Below, one piece after another: positions 11,201 through 20,000 of a stretch of 20,000 nucleotides of DNA. Under the pieces are notes generated by a model. It had not been told where the DNA came from. It was given only the letters and a program-made list of their open reading frames with translations, and ran no database searches. The position numbers and the translations under genes were made by a program. Numbering within the stretch: the first letter of the stretch is position 1; each line of letters opens with the position of its first letter. Source of the stretch: Acanthaster planci (Eukaryota); contig NW_019091359.1 of NCBI RefSeq assembly GCF_001949145.1, positions 3,571,814 through 3,591,813 on the forward strand. The letters are read 5' to 3'.

Positions 11201-14200
11201 ATCAACTGAAAATGATTACAAAGCAATATCACGTGGTCGTTAAACACACGGAAAATGTTAAACGTGAATTTCAGCTTGTGCTTAACTTCGATAAAAATTG
11301 TACTGAAAAACTACTGACCGTTGCGATTTCTCTGAAAAGGGTCTTGCGTTGATCAACGGTGCACAGCTGATCACTGCACTCGGCACTGAGGGTAAGTTCT
11401 AAGATGGAGTCTTTGTTGTATCTCTCTTTGTAGACGGAGTGCTTTTACATGAACTCTATATTCTAGTCTAGCATTCAGTCTGACAATTCAGCACAGTTGA
11501 TAAGCTGGGCTTTATGCTGTGCCGTGCATGATTCAAAGCTTGCCAGTAATATGTCATTGTATTTCGCTAGTCAGCCAGGTTTACGATCCTTACTATACGA
11601 AAGTATTATGTCAGTATTTTCCGCAGGTGAAATCCAGCCTTCTGCTTGTTTACAGTAATAAGGGAACGCTTGTAGCATGGCAAAGTTTGCTTCAGAGGCC
11701 TCGTTCATCAACGGTTGTGTGTTACGCATTGCAAGTACGCATTGGAGGATGTAACTAATTTATGCACCGTATACGTGTTACGTAGTAGGAGGCATGTTTT
11801 GGTAAACTGCATCAGTCTCAAGAGCATCAGGCACGTTTGTATGATATGCACACGAACTTGTTTCACCTGATTACTTATTGTGCTCACTTCAATTTTATCA
11901 CATAATTTGAATTTTCCCAAGACATTTTGATGAAATGAAACATACTAAATCGTCTTTTATTTTAGCCGTTGAGCGAGCAGCAGCTATTGCACGTCAGGCT
12001 GATGTTGTTGCCGCTCTGACATTGGATGTTCTGAAAGGAACAAACGCTGCTTTTGATAGTCGTAAGTTCATTATAGTCAGAGAAATAAAGGGCCACAAAC
12101 CATACAAATCATGAACAACCCTCTCAACAATTATAAACAGAATCTTACACCATTAATGACGGTTGACACCAATTTAGAAAATATTTGGTGTATACATCCA
12201 TTAAACATAACATTGGCTAGAGACGCCATGCATCACTTTTGAGACTCAAACTCTTTGGCTGCTTGACAATTCTACCATTGGTTGGCAATTCCAATCAGCA
12301 CGGGGCTCTTCATACGCAAGTTAAATCTCTTTTTTTGTATACAGAAATCCATGCAGCAAGACCCCACAAGGGTCAAATGCTAGTGGCCAGCAACCTACGT
12401 TCTCTGCTGGCTTCAGATGTCCACCCCTCCCAAATTTTTGACCAACTGTGTGACCGTGTGCAAGATGCATACACTCTGCGTTGCTGTCCGCAGGTATATA
12501 GAGATGAACTGACTAGACACAATTTTGTGGCACTGCAGATGATCAGCCTGTCAAATACATAATTTAACACATAGGCACGAAGTACAGTATTTTCTGCAGC
12601 AACACCTGATCTTTTTTAGTCTCAGGCATCGATTCCCTTAAGATTAAACGACATCTGTGGACTTTTCTTCCCAAAGCCTTTAACCGGATCAGGCAAAATC
12701 AGCCAAAATGCAATAATAAAAAGGCGTTGGTACCACGTTGCTCTAAGTAATTTGGGATGCAATACAGTTATTGCTCTAAGTGATTTGGGATGCGTTACAG
12801 TCATTGCTCTAAGTGATTTGGGATGCGTTACAGTTATTGCTCTAAGTGATTTGGGATGCGTTACAGTTATTGCTCTAAGTGATTTGGGATGCGTTACAGT
12901 TATTGCTCTAAGTGATTTGGGATGCGTTACAGTTATTGTGTCGACAGCTAACTGGTTAAAGTTTTTCCGTTTGTTTATCCAATTTACACAGCCACCTAGC
13001 GAAAAACAAATTGAATATTCCATGCCTCGTACGTGTGCTAAACATCTTTACAATCAGTATATATTAAACCATTTGCTTTGCTCAGGTTCATGGTATTGTC
13101 AACGACACCATTGAGTTTGTGCGAGGCGTTTTGACCACCGAACTGAACAGCGCAACTGACAATCCGGTATCTTTGTAAAGGGAAGGGGGATATCAGCGTG
13201 ACAGTGCTTTTTTCTTATCCCCCTGGGATAAAGTAATTTAGTTCCAGTCTCTGAATTATTTTGCTGCTGTGATGTCGTCTTGCTTAGCAGTACATATATT
13301 GAGCAAATCTATTAAATATGTTTATTTAAAGTGGCATTTTCTTTAAACCTTTATTGCTTATTATAATTCTGTGTGTGTCCTTTGGTGCAAACGGCGATTC
13401 AGATGCAATGGAAGACAACAATTATTATTTACGAGGACTGTTCTTTACTGAAGGGAGAAATTACAAACATTTTGTTCTTTAGTATTGCACAAATTAGCTG
13501 AAAATTGACATGAGGCCATTGTGTTGCTGTGTTTAAATGAAACAGATTGTCCAAATATTAATGTTAATTTTTGTGGCTTTAAATTTCAAAGAGAAAATTC
13601 GACTCTTCTAACACTTCTTATCGGTTGTTGACTATGTAGATGGTATTTGCTGACCGCCAAAAAACCATTTCTTGTGGGAACTTTCACGGGGAGTACCCTG
13701 CCAAGGTTTGTACAAATAGCAAATTGTATCTTCTTTTTCCTCAACACAATCAGCTCAGACAAATTGAAAAATAGTGATAGATGTTTTCCCATTTTTAATG
13801 GAAATTCATACCAGCTTATAAAGTCAATGTTCTGAGGCCTCTGAATGAGACAGGTGTGCACACAAATGTATCATATTTGTCCATAATACTATGGAGGAAA
13901 CATATGCGAGGATTGTTGATAATGGGTTCCAGTCTGAAACAAGGATGTTCATTTTTTGCCATTCTACGATCGTATGTTGGACAGAAGTGACCAACATTGA
14001 AAAATGCTGACAGGTGCTGGCAGGTGCCCTGTAATTTGCACGGATGGCCAATGATGTCTACGGATTTTTGGAAATACAAAATGAAAACCAGATTTTAAAA
14101 ATGTCATTTTTTCAGTTTACTTTAAGAGTCAACGAATTTGCCTCACACAGAAAGTTCTGAAAGAACACAACAAAGTTCGAGAGGAATTTCACTTTCTTAG

Positions 14201-17200
14201 TGCTGCACAAAACTGCACACACCGTGTTTATGATTTTGATCGGTCTGTTATCACAGGTGCTGGACTATCTGGCCATCGGCGTCAGTGAACTGGCATGCAT
14301 CAGTGAACGCCGAACTGAGCGACTTGTTAATCCATGTATGTAGTTCACAGGTCATTACCCGTGAAGGTTATTTGTAGGTTTTAAAACAGAGGCCAGGAGT
14401 TACAGACACTGAAGGCCATAACACGAGCCAATATCATTTCAAACAAGTAAAACTTGTCTTAATTAACATGGTTCGTAAAAGATGGAGCATTATGGCACTA
14501 TTTCATTTTAGTGAGTGGATTTCAAAACAGAAAAGTTGGTATTTTGAAGCGTGTATCCTGCATACCTGCATCATGGGAAGAAATCTCAGCTTTTAATAAG
14601 ATGTTGCGAACGAGGCTCCATTATTAGTCCTTCTGTATCTTACAATGATAAAAGTATGTAAATAATATGGATTTTTTTCTTGCATTTTCCGTGGAACTGC
14701 TCGTCAGTATTGGAGGTCTGATCATGCTCTATAGGAAGGAACTTTGAAGTTGACTCTGAAATTCAAGGTTCCTTCATAAGATGGTAAATGTGTGGTAGTG
14801 CTTTGCATGTCTTTTTAAAATGAAAAATAAAGATTGTTAGTTGGAATCTTAGACCTCCAACCTCAGGAAGAGATTGATGTGTTTCCTCTGTATTCACAAA
14901 AGGGCCTATACTAAACTGTGAATCGATCTTTTCTAATCTTCAACAGGTTGAGGACGTAAGCTTTCCCATTAACCGCAGAAAAGCCCAGAGGTTTCACAAC
15001 ATGTTTGTATGATTATTCTAACTTCTGTTGTGTTTTTTAACCTCTTTTTCCTTTGGATGTAGCACTGAGTGAACTGCCAGCGTTTCTGGTGAATGACGGT
15101 GGGAATAACTCCGGCTTCATGATCGCTCACTGCACGGCAGCTGCTCTGGGTAAATGCGGACACCATGATTACATCCATAAATTGTCATATACAGATATGA
15201 GCAGACTAAGCGGTGGGGAATACAGATGAAATTCAATTTCTAAAAACCTGTCGACCGTGCAAAATTCCCAAACTGGGGGTTGGTATTGACCTTTATCGAA
15301 GATTACAGGGCGCCGTTTATTATACATTTTATGTGATATTAAGTTATTCTTAAATTTTTACTTTCAAACATCTAAACACTCCACAAAAATTTAAATAGAC
15401 CAAAAGAAAAATAGTTAATTATAGGTGTGAGTAGTTTAAGTCAACATGCTAAAAAGACACGTGTTAGCAGTATTTATAAAGTTCCAGATTGGGCAATATT
15501 TCTCAAGAAAACTAGCCTTTTTCCCAAAGAAGATGGCTGTAAACAGTAAAAGCATCATATGCTATACCTGGCTTTGGACAGATGGTGGGATGGATAAGTG
15601 TTACTGTATAGTAACCCTGACTCCTAGGTTGTACGTAAACTCATTTTAAAAGAGAAGGATTTGGGACTGTTACGGTCAACTTTAAAGTTTGAATATTAGG
15701 TAAAGTGTAAACCCATATCAGGTCTTTGAGGTACTTCGGGGCCGACTTACCATAATGGATGAGATTGAAAAGGATTCAACCCGTTAATCTAACCAGAACC
15801 CAGTGCAGTACAAGTATGGGTGTCCTGTCTACACAATGATCCATTATTCTACCATAACAACCAGTCATGCAGCAACATTCTAAATATGCTTGATTCAAAG
15901 CGATGACAAAAAAATAATAAAGTGACAATCATACACTCTAAAATAAACTGCTTTGATAAAAATCTCTGCTTTGAAGTAAATCCTTCCCTTTCCTTGTCGT
16001 TATTCTTTGACCAGTGTCTGAAAACAAAGTTCTGACTCATCCAGCGTCTGTTGACTCACTGCCAACCAGTGCAAACCAGGAAGATCATGTTAGCATGGGA
16101 GGATTCTCTGCCAGAAAATGCCTGACTGTAGTTGAGCATGTGGAACAAAGTAAGCTTTACCAAAAGCACCCTTTACAATTCGACTGAAACGCGTGACTAA
16201 AGTGTGATCTTGAGTCCCACGGAATTTAGTCCAAATTTCAAGCAACAAATGATTCAGAATAATTACAAAGCTACATGAAATTTGAGGTCATAATGCTATG
16301 CGATAAAGTCACATGATATGAGAACTACCACCACGGGGGTGGGGTAGAGTGGAGGAGGGAAGGGCGACGCTAATGTCGCAATCCTACCGAGCGACAGTTA
16401 TCGTGCTGTTCTATCTTGTACATGTACATGTTCATTGTAGGCCTAATTCTCTTCGCAGTTATGAGCATCGAGACACTCTGTGACAACTGGGCAAGTTTCA
16501 ATTTTTGGACAATCGAACGAAAGCTCTTAGACTTTACTTTTAATAGATTTTAAACGTAGGCGCTTTGTAAGTTGATAATGTTAAATAACGCCCCCTCTCG
16601 AAGTCTTTTTTTTTGTGCGTTTACTGGACAAACTCCAACTTTAACTAAAAACAGCCCATTTTTCTTTTTAAGCTCTGGCCATCGAGTTGTTGGCAGCGTG
16701 CCAAGGCATTGAGTTCCATCGTCCGCTGAAAACTACAGCTCCATTGGAGGAAGTCTACCAACTTGTTCGCTCTGTAGTGGCGTAAGTCTTACTTCTCCTT
16801 GACTTGATCTTAGTGGAATAATGTCGTGTTTTGATGCTCTGAGGCAAACTTGGCGAACAGGAGTTGTATCATAGCATTGTTAGAGACTACTTACAAGAGC
16901 TTACAAGATATACTCCAAACAGCTTTGCAGCGTTTCATTACGGTTATGTTATGGGCTGTCTAAGCGTGGCAGGATTGTGCCCAAGCATGGCCAGCAAAAT
17001 GACGCTAAAATATGATTGCCAACAGACTGAATCCATACCAGATTTCAGCTTGAATCTAATAATCTGGTTATTTTTTCACTGTCTTTACACACAGACCCTG
17101 GGACAAGGATCGCTACATGGCCCCAGACATTGAAGCAGCAACTAAGCTCCTGAGGGAAGAGAAGGTGTGTAGGCCCAAAATGCAAGATCCTATACTTTCG

Positions 17201-17938
17201 GTTTGGTCTTGTAATTACGCGTGACATCTTTAATATTTAAAAGCTTTTTTAAGGAAAAGGTCAAAATTAAATCATGTTGGTATTTTTTGGATAGCTTTTC
17301 AATGCCCTGTGCACTGTAACGAAGAATCTTTGCCAATTATAGCAGCAATTCACTTGAAAATATTTTACGAAATAACCAGAAATTAAACCATAATACTTGG
17401 TCTGTGTGATTCTATGATGAAGTCTTTGAGTTCTGTGCTTCTAGGGTTAGCACAGCGTTTGTGTACTTTTCAGATGTTAATTAATTGGCAGTTACTAGCA
17501 CTATAGCACAATAAGTACACAAGGTTGCATCTACCAGAGCCATGACTCAGGGTCCAGATATGTTGTAAAAACATGACCGTTGTACAGTCATATATGTACA
17601 GCCAACTGGGCACTAAAACAGTAAGCCTTCTTGGGTAAACATGGCCTATGCCTTTGTGAGAAATGGAGTTCACCTGCGAAAATTGGTTTTCTGACTTCCA
17701 CTCAGACTTTTAAAAACTATAGACCTACATGAATTGTGTGCTCCTACTCTATCAGGCTACACAAAGAGAACATACGAGAAAAATACCAGTATTGGGTCAG
17801 AGAACAATTATGGTAAATGCATTTTTGCATTTATTTTGAATTATTTTAAAGGTGTGGAAAGCAGTCAAACCTTACATGGACAACTACCATGCAGAGCGAC
17901 AGAAGGCAGCAAGGATTTCGTCATCGCCAGTATCTTAG
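1968..17938 (+). CDS. HAL: Histidine ammonia-lyase (histidase), complete spliced CDS, 20 coding exons, 633 aa: join(1968..2202,6994..7054,8436..8463,8851..8925,9276..9348,9715..9781,10151..10314,10556..10695,11046..11093,11340..11391,11966..12061,12345..12493,13086..13166,13640..13705,14257..14335,15063..15149,16015..16149,16673..16781,17095..17164,17852..17938)
   Basis: Manual splicing gives one open frame of 1902 nt with matching intron phases. HAL motifs occur in order: [32 protein letters not shown] (MIO), [56 protein letters not shown]. The SH motif and the E of NQED are the His-specific residues that distinguish HAL from PAL/TAL. Confidence 0.97.
6994..7054 (+). CDS. HAL: HAL coding exon 2 (61 nt), (V)[19 protein letters not shown](V)
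   Basis: Polypyrimidine tract plus ctag acceptor, phase 1 matching exon 1; ends at U12 donor GTATCCTTT. Confidence 0.85.
7055..8435 (+). other. U12-type (minor spliceosome) GT-AG intron, HAL coding intron 2
   Basis: 5' site GTATCCTTT (7055-7063) matches the U12 consensus RTATCCTTT; branch-like TCCTTGAC at 8401-8408; acceptor CAG ends at 8435. Confidence 0.85.
7837..8126 (+). mobile_element. Decayed 3' end of a CR1/L2-clade LINE ORF2 inside intron 2
   Basis: Frameshifted peptide remnants [13 protein letters not shown] / LRTRSS / LLIVP..KT....[18 protein letters not shown] / MKTLVF. These match the typical L2 ORF2 tail (YKCL.G.AP.YL, LRS..LL.VP, GDRAFSVAAP.LWN.LP..LR, LKTHLF). Confidence 0.7.
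8436..8463 (+). CDS. HAL: HAL coding exon 3, 28-nt microexon, (V)DATYKSPSE
   Basis: cacag acceptor preceded by TCCTTGAC, donor GAG|GTACAT. 28 nt restores the frame between exon 2 (phase 2) and exon 4 (phase 0). Confidence 0.82.
8851..8925 (+). CDS. HAL: HAL coding exon 4, [25 protein letters not shown]
   Basis: gcag acceptor, AAG|GTGGGG donor; LDG.SL motif at the start of the lyase domain. Confidence 0.93.
9276..9348 (+). CDS. HAL: HAL coding exon 5, [24 protein letters not shown]
   Basis: ctcag acceptor after poly-T, G|GTCAGT donor, in frame. Confidence 0.93.
9715..9781 (+). CDS. HAL: HAL coding exon 6, (V)[21 protein letters not shown]
   Basis: gtag acceptor, AA|GTAGGT donor; catalytic Tyr-loop motif YGxTTGFG. 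Confidence 0.96.
10151..10314 (+). CDS. HAL: HAL coding exon 7, [18 protein letters not shown]...MIDAFN
   Basis: gacag acceptor, T|GTAAGA donor; NL.RSH motif. Confidence 0.96.
10556..10695 (+). CDS. HAL: HAL coding exon 8 with MIO tripeptide Ala249-Ser250-Gly251 (10597-10605)
   Basis: ttcag acceptor, ACG|GTGAGG donor; [27 protein letters not shown]. Confidence 0.98.
11046..11093 (+). CDS. HAL: HAL coding exon 9, [16 protein letters not shown]
   Basis: aacag acceptor, GAG|GTACAC donor, 48 nt phase 0-0. Confidence 0.94.
11340..11391 (+). CDS. HAL: HAL coding exon 10, [17 protein letters not shown]
   Basis: AAG acceptor (11337-11339), G|GTAAGT donor; GLALING motif. Confidence 0.94.
11966..12061 (+). 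CDS. HAL: HAL coding exon 11, (A)[31 protein letters not shown]
   Basis: tttag acceptor, C|GTAAGT donor, phase 1-1. Confidence 0.95.
12345..12493 (+). CDS. HAL: HAL coding exon 12, [10 protein letters not shown]...[15 protein letters not shown]
   Basis: acag acceptor, CAG|GTATAT donor; RPH.GQ and QDAYTLR motifs. Confidence 0.97.
12738..12938. repeat. Minisatellite, 6 tandem copies of a 33-bp unit TTGCTCTAAGTGATTTGGGATGCGTTACAGTTA, in intron 12
   Basis: Units start at 12738, 12771, 12804, 12837, 12870, 12903. Copies 3-6 are identical, copy 2 has 1 difference and copy 1 has 3. Confidence 0.97.
13086..13166 (+). CDS. HAL: HAL coding exon 13, [27 protein letters not shown]
   Basis: ctcag acceptor, CCG|GTATCTTT donor; NSATDNP motif. 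Confidence 0.96.
13167..13639 (+). other. Possible second U12-type (or U12-derived) intron, HAL coding intron 13
   Basis: Donor GTATCTTT (one mismatch to GTATCCTT, and a poor U2 donor); CTTCTAAC at 13605-13612; weak pyrimidine tract before TAG. Confidence 0.5.
13640..13705 (+). CDS. HAL: HAL coding exon 14, [22 protein letters not shown]
   Basis: gtag acceptor, AAG|GTTTGT donor; GNFHG motif. Confidence 0.96.
14257..14335 (+). CDS. HAL: HAL coding exon 15, [26 protein letters not shown]
   Basis: cacag acceptor, T|GTATGT donor; ISERR motif. Confidence 0.96.
15063..15149 (+). CDS. HAL: HAL coding exon 16, (S)[28 protein letters not shown]
   Basis: gtag acceptor, G|GTAAAT donor; LPAFL and NSGFM motifs. 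Confidence 0.96.
16015..16149 (+). CDS. HAL: HAL coding exon 17, (V)[44 protein letters not shown]
   Basis: ccag acceptor, A|GTAAGC donor; QEDHVSMG motif. Confidence 0.97.
16673..16781 (+). CDS. HAL: HAL coding exon 18, (T)[35 protein letters not shown]
   Basis: ttttaag acceptor, GC|GTAAGT donor; AIELLAACQ motif. Confidence 0.96.
17095..17164 (+). CDS. HAL: HAL coding exon 19, [23 protein letters not shown]
   Basis: acag acceptor, AAG|GTGTGT donor; DR..APDI motif. Confidence 0.96.
17852..17938 (+). CDS. HAL: HAL terminal coding exon 20, [28 protein letters not shown]
   Basis: ttttaaag acceptor, VW...PY motif as in the animal HAL C-terminus, TAG at 17936-17938. Confidence 0.9.
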   Translation: MWKAVKPYMDNYHAERQKAARISSSPVS

Positions 17939-19534
17939 GGAAATGGCGGTACCACAACACTTAAGTGTTTCAAGTGAAGTACAGGACGACTCCTTACAAA
18001 AGGGTTGTTCAGAGTCCTCTCTTAAACCTTGAGAGGGCCAGTTAGGATCACATAGTATACAAGAAGATGCATGCTTTAATCAACTATTGTTACGTGATAA
18101 ATATGATGTAAAAAAATGTGGCTTTTGTGGTAGATATTCGAAATGTGAATGTTCACACAGTAAAGTTACTCCGAACAGTTTTCATTAGATAATCGTTTAT
18201 TTCATACCTACATAAAGATACATATTTAGTGATACCCAGAAAAAGTGATGTAACATATAATAGGAAATGATAGAAGAGGCACTGCGAATGGAGTTGCATC
18301 TGATTCTCACCTTAGTCCAACCATCGTGATGTAATGGCACAGCTAACGATTAGTAGTTGATTTCACAAGCTGACAGCTGTCCCAAGGCGGTTTTTACGCG
18401 TCTTTTCAAGACAATTGAAGTCAGTCATGGATGACCAGAAACATGCCTCCGAGTTATCAGTGGAAAGCTTGTTACCCTTATAGTCCCTGCTAAAGCTGTA
18501 ATAATGGTCATAGTGCGCCTATAGCTTAATTTGCGAATGCCTGTTTCCTTTTTGGGGATACCCCGTATAATGGTACTCTGCATGACTACTTGCACAAGTA
18601 ATGCGTTTATGCTGACAGGCAGTCTCAATACAATGTTATGTACATTTCGTCTGTAGTGTGATAGATTTAAATCATACGATCTCACACTAAAATTAAATAG
18701 TTGAATTGAATTTGACCGAAGTGTTATGGGCGTACAAAATGTTTTAATTCTCAAAAGATTCATTCTTTTATTTTAGTAATGCAATTATCTTTGTAAACAT
18801 TTATTACAACTTCAATCAATTTTGCTTTTATTTAGAAGTAAGTCTTGACTCATTGTGTTGAAGGTTTTCTTTTAGAAAAATTCCGCGAGAAATATCGTGG
18901 GTAGCGCTTTAATAATAGCACCAATCGATGCTATTGTAAGCACGATGAATGCATTTGCATCACTTAACATAAGTATCTTATACCCGAAAACTCCTTGATA
19001 GAAGCAAAAAAATATTTGCTAAAGATGAAATAATACGACCAAATTCCTTTGAAATAGAATTGGTTATAATTCGGGACCAAATCTATATATATTCTTAAAT
19101 TTGGAAACAATTTCAATCATTCTTACGGGTCAGTAGAACTGGTGATAATTGTTTAGTGGGAAATAAGCCAAATTAATATCCACATTCATAACAAAGGCTT
19201 AACTGCCTGACGCTAAAATTTTTCCAATGTTACAAAATTGATACAACCTTGTGTACGATGAGTTATCATGTTATTCAAAATGATTCCCGGAAGTGTGTTT
19301 AGGACTACGTTTAATCATAGAGTTGAAAACACTGTCGCATATTGGAAAATTTGCCCTTATATAGAGGTGTAGCTTAGCCAAGCTCTATTATAACTTGCGG
19401 TAAGCTTGTAAAGTTTCGTTTAGTGTCATATGATTGTGATATTTCCGTAGTTAGTCGTGGAGCTCCGAGTAAGCGTCCTCGAGAGGGTTAAATCTTGCTC
19501 AGTGTGAAATGCCACTGTTAAAAGAAGTTAATTG

Positions 19535-19562
19535 ATAATAATAATAATAAATAGTAATAATA
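19535..19562. repeat. Short imperfect (AAT)n microsatellite
   Basis: ataataataataataaatagtaataata. Confidence 0.7.
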
Positions 19563-20000
19563 CTAGTAGGCATCATAATAATGGTGCTAACTTGGAAAAA
19601 AAGGAATTTCATCTATAATTGTACGTTTTTAGAATAAAATAGAAGATTCCTAATTAAAAACATTACACCTGTATGAGGAAAGATACTTCTGAGTGGTTTC
19701 TCAACTTGGGTGAGTGCCATTACGATCAAAAACAAAGCTGTCCGTTATATGTACGTTATTACTTTATTGCGAACGACTGTGCCAGCCCTGAATCTGTTGC
19801 TTCTGAACCATTTTTTTAGACCACTTAGAAGAAATGAAACCCGAACGGTTGAGATCCCTTTTATTGTCGAAAATGTAGAAAATTAAGATTATAAATGAAG
19901 TAAATCAGCATCAACCCTTTAGCTCACTGTATTCAAATCCAGAAAATTGCCTTGTGGGTTATGCGCCCAGGGAAGTGAAAAAAATCCGGTGAGGGGAAAA

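Noticed and set aside
12622..13114. ORFs with 11-aa repeats ([11 protein letters not shown] / [11 protein letters not shown]), or a CRISPR-like array
   Set aside because: By-product of the 33-bp intronic minisatellite; repeats are head-to-tail with no spacers and the context is eukaryotic
1968..17938. Alternative call as PAL/TAL, a horizontally acquired bacterial hutH, or a pseudogene
   Set aside because: His-specific SH and NQED residues, the animal N-terminal domain, 19 spliceosomal introns and an uninterrupted frame all indicate a native, functional HAL
17936..17977. Stop-codon readthrough extension (GNGGTTTLKCFK*) after the HAL TAG
   Set aside because: TAG-G is not a leaky context and the extension has no targeting signal I recognise
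18425..18763. 112-aa minus-strand ORF downstream of HAL
   Set aside because: No recognisable domain or splice support; probably antisense to the 3' UTR or intergenic
18692..19638. Candidate polyadenylation signals ATTAAA (18692), AATAAA (19546, 19633)
   Set aside because: In AT-rich DNA these cannot be ranked without 3'-end reads; the 3' UTR end is left uncalled

Overview
AT-rich animal (probably marine invertebrate; taxon not determinable here) genomic DNA containing one complete, intact, + strand spliced gene: histidine ammonia-lyase (histidase, HAL). I reconstructed 20 coding exons by hand (ATG 1968 to TAG 17938; 1902 nt, 633 aa). All introns are GT..AG and their phases are mutually consistent. 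The MIO-forming Ala-Ser-Gly motif lies at 10597-10605 and the animal-type Par3/HAL N-terminal domain is in exon 1. The most notable hidden structure is minor-spliceosome usage: intron 2 (7055-8435) has a perfect U12 donor (GTATCCTTT) and a TCCTTGAC branch site feeding a 28-nt microexon that the ORF track misses, and intron 13 (13167-13639) looks like a second, degenerate U12-type intron. The introns also hold a decayed L2/CR1-type LINE 3' end, a 6x33-bp minisatellite and MITE-like remnants. Several normally conserved active-site-adjacent residues are substituted. Most listed ORFs are spurious. I found no convincing wholly new biological system.
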